Assembly: GCA_025454815.1 (NCBI GenBank)
Contig: JALONR010000004.1
Span: 17,583-81,582, forward strand
Length of the DNA: 64,000 bases
Source of the DNA: Bacteroidales bacterium
GTDB lineage: Bacteria; Bacteroidota; Bacteroidia; Bacteroidales; VadinHA17
Direction: 5' to 3'
In this document: positions 25,071-34,090 of the stretch, piece after piece
Layout: each line of letters begins with the position of its first letter
Numbering within the stretch: the first letter of the stretch is position 1
Notes under the pieces: model-generated
Told to the model about the DNA's origin: nothing
What the model saw: only the letters and a program-made list of their open reading frames with translations
The model's database searches: none
Translations under genes and position numbers: made by a program

Positions 25071-27853
25071 CTGTACAGCAGGTATTTTTGTCTTATATCC
25101 ATAAATTCATTTACATCATCCTGACAGGCTTTTACAACCTCCTCAACGGTTACGCCGGGCTCATCCAGCTTCCGCATTATTACCGGGGGCGACCATATGA
25201 GTGAATCAGGACTCGTTTTCCTGTAGGCATCAATGATATGCAATGCTGCCTCCACTGAGCGGTATGCAGCAGGGTCAGTAAGAATGATCTCCACTCCGCC
25301 ACACATCTCGTTCCATGGTTTTCCGCTGCGGTTATAACCGGTTCCGGCTGACCGCGGGATGAAATACAACGGCCTGAAGTACGCTCCCCTGATGCCCCTG
25401 GAGTTCAGATCTGCAGCTGCCTGTTCACCATTGACCCATGGGGCGCCCGTTACAAGGAATGGCTTGGTCATCCCCCTCCCTTCTGACATGTTTGTCCTCT
25501 CAAAGAGACACTGGCCCGGATAGACCACCGCCGTTTCCCAGTTGTCGATATTGGGTGATGGCATGACCCATTGCAGTCCGGTCTCATTCCACATCATGCT
25601 CCTGCGCCATCCCTTCATCTTAACGACTGTCAGGTCAGCGCCGTATCCTTCTGTCTCATTCCACATGGTGGCCAGCTCACCATAGGTCATGCCATGACGG
25701 AGAGGCAGCCTGTGCCTGTATATTCTGATGGTATCCTGCATGGGACCTTCCACAATACGGCCGCCGAGCGGATTGGGCCGGTCAAGCACAATGAATGGTA
25801 TTCCAGCCTTTGCGCAGGCCTCCATGGCCCATGACATTGAGAACTTGAACGTGTACCATGCCGACCCCACTCCCTGGATATCGAAGAGCATCACATCCAG
25901 GCTGTCAAGCCACTCCTGCTTTGGTGCCCACGAGTCTCCATAAAGGCTGTAAACCGGAATGCCTGTTGCAGGATCTTTTTCACCACCGGCGAAGATGCGA
26001 CCGTGCTGTGCTCCCCTGACTCCGTGCTCGGCGCCAAATAGAGCCACCAGGTTTACCCCCGGGGTGGTTGCAAGGATGTCAACCGTACTGCGCATGTCAA
26101 TTCCTACGGCTGAAGGATTGGTGATGAGGCCCACCCTCTTTCCTTTGATCAGGTCAAGATGATCTTCTATCAGCACATTTACGCCGGGAGTAACGGCAGG
26201 CACCGGAACGGGCGGCCTCTTCATGCTGTCATGGAACTCTGCCAGTACTTTTTCCAGCGCCGGGGCATCTGCAAAGGTAAACTCAGTGACCGCCATTTTG
26301 CTGATTACACTTTCATTCCCGAAACGGTCCACAGCCGAGACAGCAATACTGTCAAGCCTCATCAAAGCCTGTTCGGGCTGCGTTACATTCTCCCGGGGTG
26401 TGCGTCCCAGGAAAACGCGGTTGGCCATAAATGCAGGAATCGCATCAGAGGTAACATTACTCCCGTGAATGTTCTGGTTCCATGAGGATCCATACCTGTA
26501 ATATACCACCCACCTGCTTACATCAGCCGGGTCAGGATGAGTCCAGTTGAGTTTAAGCATGCCGTCAGCGGTTGTTTTTGTCACAACAGGCGGTGCCGGA
26601 GCTTTGACATCCAGCCACGGCATGGGAGGAATAAGTGCCGGCCGGCGGTAGGGTCCTTCAGCCACAGCCTTTACAAGTTCGGGAGAGTTTACCAGCGGCC
26701 CGATGCTCCAGTGTATAACACCCGGACTCTCCGGTAGGATACCCCGTGTGACCATTATCTGGTTCACGGTCTCATCCGCTGCCCTGGATGCAGGCGACAG
26801 CCCGATGCTTATTCCCGGCCACAGGTGACGCCCCTTCAGGTTCTGGTCATGCCACCACCCGAGCAAAACAGGAAAACTCTGTGCTATCTGGTTGATCGGC
26901 CAGTAGAGCTGAGGAGAGTAATAGTCAATCCATCCCTTGTTCAGCCAGAGCTTCGCATCAGCATAAAGAGTCTCGTGCTGGTTGAACCCTCCTCCTATGG
27001 CAGGAGGATTGTACGGTTGCCATATCCCGAAGGGGCTGAGGCCGAACTTCACCCATGGTTTCTCGGCCTTGATCCCTTTATAGAGCCTCTCAATAAATGT
27101 ATTGACTGCCTCCCTTCGCCAGTCAGAGCGGGAAAGCCTGCCGCCTGAAGCCTGGTATGCCTGCCAGCTCTTGTCATCCGGAAAATCCCTGAAGTTATTA
27201 TAATCGGGATAGGGATAGAAGTAATCATCGAAATGGATCCCGTCAAGGTCATACCTGCGCACCAGGTCCATCACCACATTGTATGAATGATCCTGCGTCC
27301 CTTTGAGGGCCGGGTCCATCCACCAGTAGTTCTCCACCTCCAGCCTCAGCACCAGGTCAGGACGCTTCCTGACTATTGATACGTCAGTGGGTGGTCCGCC
27401 GGCAGGGTGGTTTGCCCGGTATGGATTGAGCCACGCATGCAGTTCTATACCCCTGGCATGAGCCTCCTCAATCCAGAACTGAAGCGGATCATAGAAGGGT
27501 TCAGGAGCTTTGCCCTGTTCTCCCGTGAGATAGTAAGACCATGGTTCAAGGTCACTCAGGTACATGGCGTCACAGTGCGGCCGCACCTGGAAGATGACGG
27601 CATTGAAATTGTTCCTGTCGAGCAGATCGAGGAGGGCAAGGGCTTCTTTCTTCTGCTCTTCAACAGAGAGGCCGGGCTTGCTTGGCCAGTTGATGTTGGC
27701 CACGGTGGCAACCCAGGCTGCCCGGAACTCACGTTCGGCACCCGGAGTGCGGCCTGACGGATCACCGGTCACGGCTTTCCTTGGTGTGGCGCATCCGGCA
27801 ATGGCAATGACGATCAGCGCTGCAATGACTCTGAATAGGGAATTTCCTGTCAT
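25067..27853 (-). CDS. Fusion lipoprotein: N-terminal GHL10 (YngK-like glycosyl-hydrolase-like family 10) + C-terminal DUF1343 (NamZ-type exo-beta-N-acetylmuramidase family)
   Basis: 928 aa. Lipobox IAGC. GHL10-like FRAAWVATVANINWPS...IELHAWLNPYRA. The DUF1343-like region starts at about GKRVGLITNPSAVG...LFGAEHG. Confidence 0.8.
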   Translation of the reverse strand: MTGNSLFRVIAALIVIAIAGCATPRKAVTGDPSGRTPGAEREFRAAWVATVANINWPSKPGLSVEEQKKEALALLDLLDRNNFNAVIFQVRPHCDAMYLSDLEPWSYYLTGEQGKAPEPFYDPLQFWIEEAHARGIELHAWLNPYRANHPAGGPPTDVSIVRKRPDLVLRLEVENYWWMDPALKGTQDHSYNVVMDLVRRYDLDGIHFDDYFYPYPDYNNFRDFPDDKSWQAYQASGGRLSRSDWRREAVNTFIERLYKGIKAEKPWVKFGLSPFGIWQPYNPPAIGGGFNQHETLYADAKLWLNKGWIDYYSPQLYWPINQIAQSFPVLLGWWHDQNLKGRHLWPGISIGLSPASRAADETVNQIMVTRGILPESPGVIHWSIGPLVNSPELVKAVAEGPYRRPALIPPMPWLDVKAPAPPVVTKTTADGMLKLNWTHPDPADVSRWVVYYRYGSSWNQNIHGSNVTSDAIPAFMANRVFLGRTPRENVTQPEQALMRLDSIAVSAVDRFGNESVISKMAVTEFTFADAPALEKVLAEFHDSMKRPPVPVPAVTPGVNVLIEDHLDLIKGKRVGLITNPSAVGIDMRSTVDILATTPGVNLVALFGAEHGVRGAQHGRIFAGGEKDPATGIPVYSLYGDSWAPKQEWLDSLDVMLFDIQGVGSAWYTFKFSMSWAMEACAKAGIPFIVLDRPNPLGGRIVEGPMQDTIRIYRHRLPLRHGMTYGELATMWNETEGYGADLTVVKMKGWRRSMMWNETGLQWVMPSPNIDNWETAVVYPGQCLFERTNMSEGRGMTKPFLVTGAPWVNGEQAAADLNSRGIRGAYFRPLYFIPRSAGTGYNRSGKPWNEMCGGVEIILTDPAAYRSVEAALHIIDAYRKTSPDSLIWSPPVIMRKLDEPGVTVEEVVKACQDDVNEFMDIRQKYLLYR

Positions 27854-27964
27854 AACAATACAGTTTTAAGAGGTAGGCTGATACAAATTTAAGAATCCTC
27901 TCCGGCTGGCATCAGGGCATATAAAAATAATAAGAGATTATACAACATATATCATACAAATTTG

Positions 27965-27999
27965 GAGGCAAGAGGCAAGAGGCAAGAGGCATTAGGCAA
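27965..27999. repeat. Tandem heptanucleotide repeat (GAGGCAA x3, then GAGGCAT and TAGGCAA)
   Basis: Read directly from the sequence. It lies about 112 nt upstream of the start of the GHL10-DUF1343 gene, in its promoter region. Confidence 0.9.
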
Positions 28000-28056
28000 C
28001 AGTGTTAACATTGCATCTTGCAACTGAATGACTAACAGATGCTTCACTACTGCCTT

Positions 28057-28083
28057 CCCGACCCGCCAGCTGGCGGGTGCGGG
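28057..28083 (-). terminator. GC-rich palindromic hairpin downstream of the DeoR gene
   Basis: ACCCGCCAGCTGGCGGGT is an 18-bp perfect palindrome (28061-28078) with extra flanking complementarity. It lies 34-56 nt past the DeoR stop. No U-tract follows. Confidence 0.4.
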
Positions 28084-28116
28084 ATAAAATTGCCTGATGG
28101 CTACTGCCTGATCTTA

Positions 28117-28881
28117 TCACACCAGCGTAACCTCAATCCCCTTTTCCCGGATGAACTGTATATAATTGCCCGGGGCGTTGCGGTCAGTGATTATGTGGTG
28201 AACCTGGTTGAGATTGCAGATTTTTCCGAACCCCCGCTTACCGAACTTGGTGGAGTCAGCCAGTACAATCACCTCCTGGGCCGCCCTGATCATATACTGG
28301 TTCAGGTGGGCCTCGGCGATGTTGCTGGTGGTAAGGCCATGATCAAGGTCCAGGCCGTCAATGCCTATGAAAAGCTTGTTGCACATCATCTCCGTCAGGA
28401 GGCTTTCGGCATATGGCCCGATGACCGAGGCGGAACTCTTTCGCAGTGAACCCCCGAGTTGTATTATATCAATATTGGGCTTGTAGCTGAGAATCAGGGA
28501 GACCTTTACCGACGGAGTTATCACGGTGACAGGCTCGGTGATGTTAATTTGCTGGGCAAAGGCCAGAACGGTGGTGCCGGAGGCAATAATAATCCTGTCA
28601 TTTTTCTGAATCAGCCGGTTTGCCGCTTCCGCGATCCTGGTCTTTTCCCCTACCTGGACTTTCTCCTTTTCGTCAATGTGGCGGTCAATGGTCAGCGAAC
28701 TGACAGGTCCGGCACTTCCATGGTTACGGATAAGCATCCGCCTCTCCTCCAGATCTTTCAAATCCTTTCGAATCGTAACTTCGGAAACTCCCAAACGTAA
28801 GCTAAGGTCATGCACCCGTACATAACCTTCCTTTTCCAGTTCGGCAAGTATAATCTTGTGACGCTGTGCTATATTTCTCAT
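28117..28881 (-). CDS. DeoR-family transcriptional repressor (GlpR-like)
   Basis: 254 aa. N-terminal HTH (GYVRVHDLSLRLGVSEVTIRKDLKDLEE) and a DeoR C-terminal sensor domain. Divergent from glpD. Confidence 0.9.
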   Translation of the reverse strand: MRNIAQRHKIILAELEKEGYVRVHDLSLRLGVSEVTIRKDLKDLEERRMLIRNHGSAGPVSSLTIDRHIDEKEKVQVGEKTRIAEAANRLIQKNDRIIIASGTTVLAFAQQINITEPVTVITPSVKVSLILSYKPNIDIIQLGGSLRKSSASVIGPYAESLLTEMMCNKLFIGIDGLDLDHGLTTSNIAEAHLNQYMIRAAQEVIVLADSTKFGKRGFGKICNLNQVHHIITDRNAPGNYIQFIREKGIEVTLV

Positions 28882-29083
28882 AATTCCTGACCGCAGGCCC
28901 TATTTATTGATTGCCATTCAAAGTTAAAAACAAAAGTCTGACAAAACAAGATGTTGAATCATAAAAAATGATAAAATATTCCGTTTAATTATTTTTTCTT
29001 TCTTTTTTGTTTTGATTTATAAAATCCTTCCCATATTTTTACCTTGTTTTTCTGACAATTATCATAATTAAGACGATATAGCA

Positions 29084-30655
29084 TTGGAACGAGAAGATTT
29101 TCTAAAGGATTTGAAAGATGCGAAGCGGCAGTGGGACTTCATTATTATAGGAGGAGGGGCCACCGGGCTTGGGATTGCCGTGGATGCCGCATCCAGGGGT
29201 TTCAGCACGTTGCTGCTTGAGCAGTCTGACTTTGCGAAGGCCACTTCGGCACGCAGCACAAAGCTTGTTCACGGCGGGGTGCGGTACCTGCAAAAGGGTG
29301 ATGTGGCCCTGGTGCGGGAGGCACTCCGTGAGAGGGGCTACCTGCGCAGGAATGCACCGCACCTGGTGAAGAACCAGCGGTTCATCATCGGCAACTACAA
29401 ATGGTGGGAGAAACCGTTTTACACCCTCGGCCTTACCGTCTATGACCTTCTTTCCGGCGGAATGAGCCTGGGACGCTCGCTCCCCATGAGCCGCAGCCAC
29501 GTAATCAGGTCAATCCCCCGGATAGTCCGTAAGAACCTGCGGGGGGGAGTTGTCTATCATGACGGTCAGTTTGACGATTCCAGGCTTGCGGTCAACCTCA
29601 TGCAGACAGCTCTTGAGAAGGGAGCCTCGGTTGTCAACTATGCAAAGGTGATCCAGCTTCTTAAGAGCTCTGACGGGCAGGTCTCAGGGGTTGTTGCCAG
29701 GGATGAACTTGAAGGTACTCACTTCACTGCTGAAGGAAAGTGCATCATCAATGCCACCGGAATTTTCGTCGACAGCATAATAAAGATGGACAATCCCGAG
29801 GAGAAACCGCTGGTGAGGCCAAGCCAGGGGGTCCACCTCGTTGTTGACAAAAGTTTCCTCGGAGGTGATGACGCCATTATGATTCCCAAGACCAGTGACG
29901 GGAGGGTTATGTTCGGCGTGCCATGGCACAACAGGGTGATACTGGGAACCACCGATATCCCGGTGAAGGAGTTTGTGCTTGAACCGAAAGCCCTCGATGA
30001 AGAAGTAGACTTCATCCTTGAGACCGCAGGGAGGTATCTTGAGAAGAAGCCACAGCGAAGTGACGTGCTGTGTGTCTTCGCGGGACTCAGGCCACTTGCA
30101 GCGCCAAAGCATGAGAGCAACGGGGAGAAAACCAAGGAGATATCACGAAGCCACAAGCTCATTGTCTCTTCGTCCGGACTTATAACCATTACCGGAGGTA
30201 AGTGGACCACATACCGGAAAATGGCAGAAGACACGATAAATGCAGGCATCAGGGCAAGGAAGCTCCCGTTCAGGCCATGCCGCACGAAGGATCTGAAGAT
30301 CCACGGCTATTTTGAGAATCCTGACCGGGAAAACAGAATGTACATCTACGGCAGTGACCTACCTGAAATACTTAAGATGCAGAAAGAGAACCCTGTCTGG
30401 GCTGAGAAGCTGGAATCCGGTTCCGACTTTACCGCGGGAGAGGTCATCTGGGCGGTTCGGAAAGAGATGGCCAGAACAGTTGACGATGTGCTGGCCCGCA
30501 GGGTCAGGGTCCTTTATCTTGACGCAAGGAAATCAATTGCCATCGCGCCAAAGGTGGCGGAGATCATGGCCACTGAACTGGGTAAGGACAGGGAATGGGT
30601 ACGGACCCAGGTGGAGGAGTATACTGCAATGGCCAGGGGCTATGTAATGGAATAA
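29084..30655 (+). CDS. glpD: FAD-dependent sn-glycerol-3-phosphate dehydrogenase
   Basis: 523 aa. DFIIIGGGATGLG FAD fold and STKLVHGGVRYL. The only in-frame start is the TTG at 29084 (in-frame TAA at 29069-29071). Confidence 0.9.
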   Translation: MEREDFLKDLKDAKRQWDFIIIGGGATGLGIAVDAASRGFSTLLLEQSDFAKATSARSTKLVHGGVRYLQKGDVALVREALRERGYLRRNAPHLVKNQRFIIGNYKWWEKPFYTLGLTVYDLLSGGMSLGRSLPMSRSHVIRSIPRIVRKNLRGGVVYHDGQFDDSRLAVNLMQTALEKGASVVNYAKVIQLLKSSDGQVSGVVARDELEGTHFTAEGKCIINATGIFVDSIIKMDNPEEKPLVRPSQGVHLVVDKSFLGGDDAIMIPKTSDGRVMFGVPWHNRVILGTTDIPVKEFVLEPKALDEEVDFILETAGRYLEKKPQRSDVLCVFAGLRPLAAPKHESNGEKTKEISRSHKLIVSSSGLITITGGKWTTYRKMAEDTINAGIRARKLPFRPCRTKDLKIHGYFENPDRENRMYIYGSDLPEILKMQKENPVWAEKLESGSDFTAGEVIWAVRKEMARTVDDVLARRVRVLYLDARKSIAIAPKVAEIMATELGKDREWVRTQVEEYTAMARGYVME

Positions 30656-30745
30656 TGAAGCTAATATTAACAGAAAGTCACATCTGGCATTCAATGTCAT
30701 CATGTAAGTTCCATCAGGTCAATCAAATAATAAACCAGTAAACGA

Positions 30746-32524
30746 ATGAAGAAACAACGACCAGGTACCAGGGTCAGTCCGGACGGATTTCTGATGCTTC
30801 TCTCCGTTGCATCTCTGTTCATCGTAATGACCGCGTGTTCCTCCGGTAAAGGAGCCGCTGAGGCGAAAAAACCGAACATCATCGTAATACTTGCCGATGA
30901 TATAGGTTATTCAGATATAGGCGCCTATGGTTCGGAGATACGTACTCCCAACCTTGACAGGCTGGCTGCAGGGGGCATTCGCTTCACACACTTCTACAAC
31001 ACCGCCCGCTGCAGTCCCAGCCGTGCTTCACTGCTTACCGGTCTCTATCCCCATCAGGCTGCCATGGGTCACCTTGCAACCCGTCCTCTGTGGGATGAAC
31101 CGGGCTATCTCGATGACCTGAACAAAAACAGCGCAACCATTGCCGAGGTACTCAGGGAGGCAGGGTACTCAACCTACATGACCGGCAAATGGCACCTTTA
31201 TGGTATGAAAGCATCAGACCTGCCTGTGGGCGCGGAGAGAGACACAACCAACTGGCCTCTTCAGCGCGGGTTTGACCGTTTCTTCGGTCACCTGAGCGGT
31301 TCATGCAGCTACTGGGATCCCTTCACCCTCCTCAGCGGAAACAGGTACATCACCCCCGGTGACGGATTCTACTATACTGATGCCATCAGTGACACAACCG
31401 TCAAATTCATACAGGAGCACCCTGCAGGCAAGCCTTTCTTCTTCTATGTGGCCTACTATGCAGCCCACTGGCCCCTCCACGCACCCGAGGATGCAATCGC
31501 AATGTATGACGGCATATATGACATAGGATGGGATTCGCTGAGAGCACAGCGGTTCAGCAGGCAGAAGGAGCTGGGAGCGATCACTGAAAACCACCGACTC
31601 TCTGACAGGACGGAGACTATCCCCGCATGGGAGGATGAGACAATGAAGGAGTGGCAGTCACGCCGGATGGAGACCTATGCCGCCATGATAGATATCATGG
31701 ACCAGGGTATAGGCAGGATAATAAAAGCCCTGGAAGAGAAGGGAGAGCTTGACAACACTATTATATTATATATGCAGGATAACGGTGCATGCGCCGAACC
31801 GGTTCTGACAAACAGGATGACGCAACCGCTGACCGATGAGGAAAAGGTTCTGAAGCCCTATCCGAAGGATCAGATCCTCACAGCCAGGAAACCTGAGTAT
31901 ACGCGCGACGGCCGTTTCATCCGCAGCGGCCGTGGCGTGATGGCCGGCCCGGCAGACACATGGGTCGCATACGGCGAAGAGTGGGCCAATGCCAGCAACA
32001 CCCCCTACAGGTATTACAAATCGATGGTACATGAGGGAGGCATCACCACACCTCTCATAGTACACTGGCCTGAAGGAATCTCCCGGAAGGGCTCCATAGC
32101 TGATCAGCCAGGCCACCTGATTGACATCCTGCCAACCTGCCTTGAGCTGGCAGGGGTGAAATACCCTGACGAATTCAATGGCACGAATACAGTCGCACCC
32201 GAGGGTCTGAGTCTCCTCCCCGCATTTGAGGGAAAGAAGCTTGACCGCGAATTCCTCTTCTGGGAACATGAAGGCAACAGGGCGATAAGAATTGGCAACT
32301 GGAAACTGGTATCAAAGGTTGCAAAACCAATGGAGTTCACCGCTGATGATGAGAATGCATGGGAGCTCTATGACCTGGAGAAGGATCCCTCGGAGACTGA
32401 GAACCTGGCTGCCAGACACCCGGAGAAAGTAAAGGAGATGGCTGCAAAATGGGAGGAAGAGGCGGTGCGCCTTAAGTCCAAACCATGGCCCTGGGACGAG
32501 AACTCCCGCCTGCAGGGCAATTAG
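30746..32524 (+). CDS. Cys-type formylglycine sulfatase-fold enzyme (arylsulfatase family), lipoprotein
   Basis: 592 aa. Lipobox VMTAC. Motifs LADDIGYSD, RCSPSRASLLTGLYPHQ and MQDNGA. Confidence 0.9.
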   Translation: MKKQRPGTRVSPDGFLMLLSVASLFIVMTACSSGKGAAEAKKPNIIVILADDIGYSDIGAYGSEIRTPNLDRLAAGGIRFTHFYNTARCSPSRASLLTGLYPHQAAMGHLATRPLWDEPGYLDDLNKNSATIAEVLREAGYSTYMTGKWHLYGMKASDLPVGAERDTTNWPLQRGFDRFFGHLSGSCSYWDPFTLLSGNRYITPGDGFYYTDAISDTTVKFIQEHPAGKPFFFYVAYYAAHWPLHAPEDAIAMYDGIYDIGWDSLRAQRFSRQKELGAITENHRLSDRTETIPAWEDETMKEWQSRRMETYAAMIDIMDQGIGRIIKALEEKGELDNTIILYMQDNGACAEPVLTNRMTQPLTDEEKVLKPYPKDQILTARKPEYTRDGRFIRSGRGVMAGPADTWVAYGEEWANASNTPYRYYKSMVHEGGITTPLIVHWPEGISRKGSIADQPGHLIDILPTCLELAGVKYPDEFNGTNTVAPEGLSLLPAFEGKKLDREFLFWEHEGNRAIRIGNWKLVSKVAKPMEFTADDENAWELYDLEKDPSETENLAARHPEKVKEMAAKWEEEAVRLKSKPWPWDENSRLQGN

Positions 32525-32592
32525 CTGTAACAATTAATTAATGTTAAAGAAACCGGATCGAAATAAAAGTTAACCAATATTTGACCGCGAAA

Positions 32593-32614
32593 AACCTGAC
32601 AGATCAACCTGACA
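32593..32614 (+). promoter_or_regulatory. Direct repeat AACCTGACA-N4-AACCTGACA immediately upstream of glpT (candidate DeoR/GlpR site)
   Basis: Two identical 9-mers at 32593-32601 and 32606-32614, 13-34 nt before the glpT ATG. A related TCTGACAA occurs twice in the DeoR-glpD intergenic region (28937-28944 and 29051-29058). Confidence 0.3.
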
Positions 32615-32626
32615 ACGACAAAAACC

Positions 32627-34090
32627 ATGATCAACTTTCTGAAACCACCGCCATACAGGGACCCGCTCCCGGAGGATAAGGTAGACAAAGCCTACAAGCG
32701 CCTGCGTTTGCAGGTCTTCATGGGTGCCTTCATCGGCTATGCGGCATATTATCTTGTAAGAAAGAACCTTGCTCTCGCCATTCCGGGCATGATACAGCCT
32801 GTTGAGAACGGTGGCCTGGGCTACACCAAGCTTGAGCTGGGCATTGCCCTCTCGGCCATATCAATAGCCTATGCATTCAGCAAGTTCCTCATGGGAGCCC
32901 TTTCCGACAGGTCAGACGCAAGGAAGTTCCTGGTGATAGGACTTGTACTGTCGGCTGCGCTGATGATGTCAATGGGCCTCTTCACCTTCACCACCAGTGC
33001 GGTGTGGATAATCTTCATCATAATGCTTCTGATAGGCTGGCTCTCAGGAATGGGTTGGCCTCCCTGCGGACGGATCATGGTTCACTGGTTTTCGCATAAT
33101 GAGCGAAGCTTCAAAATGGGGATATGGAACACATCACACACCGTGGGCAGCGGCCTGATGGGCAACCTGGCTGCATGGGGAACCCTCCTCCTGGGAGGCT
33201 TGTTCCTGGCTGACATAGGCAACGGGGTGATGGTTGAACAGAGCTGGAGGGCAGTCTTTGTCTTCCCCAGCGGGGTGGCCATTCTGCTCGCCCTCTTCTG
33301 CTGGTGGGCACTGAGAGACACACCGCAATCGTGCGGACTTCCCCCCATCGACAAATACAGGAATGACATTCCTGTTCAGAAGGAGATGAGCTCTGACAAG
33401 AAGATACCTGTAAAGGAGCTCTTCCTGAAATATATATTCCGGAACAGGATCCTCTGGCTGATAGCCCTTGCCAATGTCTTCGTATACCTGATAAGGTACG
33501 GGATAGGCGACTGGGCGCCGACCTACACCGAAGAAGCAGGCCTGCTCACCAGCGAGCAGAGCAAGATGGCTTTCTCCCTGCATAATTATGCAGGTGTGCC
33601 CGGGATGATACTCATTGGATGGATCTCGTCGAAAGTATTCAAGGGGCGCTGTGCACCCGCAAATGTGATCTACATGGTGCTGGTTCTTCTCAGTGTCCTG
33701 CTCTACTGGAAGGCAGTCCCGGTAGCATCATTCCTTGTTAACGCACTGGGAACAGATCCGGATACCACAAGGGTAACCGTCGTTTATTCGGCGCTGATAG
33801 CCATCGGGTTCTTCATCTACGGGCCCGTTGCGCTCATCGGGGTGCAGGCGGTGAACCTGGTTCCCAAGAACGCTGCGGGCACTGCCGCCGGTTTTGTGGG
33901 ACTCTTCGGCTACCTCCTCGGCGATGCCCTTCTTTCAAAGGTGCTGATAGGAGCCGTGGCAGACAATGTCAACCTCGGATGGGGAGCAACATTCTGGATC
34001 TTCATTGCTGCCAGCATACTGGCCGCAGTATTCTCAGCAACAACATGGAAAAAGGAAAAGGAGACTTACGAGGCGAATACAAAATCATGA
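32627..34090 (+). CDS. glpT: Glycerol-3-phosphate:phosphate antiporter (MFS, organophosphate:Pi antiporter family)
   Basis: 487 aa. From memory, long collinear matches to E. coli GlpT: GYAAYYLVRKN.ALA.P, ISIAY.FSKF.MG..SDRS, GMGWPPCGR.MVHW, RDTPQSCGLPPI, AAGTAAGF.GLFGYL. Confidence 0.93.
   Translation: MINFLKPPPYRDPLPEDKVDKAYKRLRLQVFMGAFIGYAAYYLVRKNLALAIPGMIQPVENGGLGYTKLELGIALSAISIAYAFSKFLMGALSDRSDARKFLVIGLVLSAALMMSMGLFTFTTSAVWIIFIIMLLIGWLSGMGWPPCGRIMVHWFSHNERSFKMGIWNTSHTVGSGLMGNLAAWGTLLLGGLFLADIGNGVMVEQSWRAVFVFPSGVAILLALFCWWALRDTPQSCGLPPIDKYRNDIPVQKEMSSDKKIPVKELFLKYIFRNRILWLIALANVFVYLIRYGIGDWAPTYTEEAGLLTSEQSKMAFSLHNYAGVPGMILIGWISSKVFKGRCAPANVIYMVLVLLSVLLYWKAVPVASFLVNALGTDPDTTRVTVVYSALIAIGFFIYGPVALIGVQAVNLVPKNAAGTAAGFVGLFGYLLGDALLSKVLIGAVADNVNLGWGATFWIFIAASILAAVFSATTWKKEKETYEANTKS

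Noticed and set aside
33979-34086. Upstream extension of the HAD phosphatase ORF (the track starts it at 33979)
   Set aside because: The extension overlaps the last 112 nt of glpT. The ATG at 34087 gives a normal signal peptide (MNMKQLKLTLLFAAL...) and the typical ATGA stop/start coupling.
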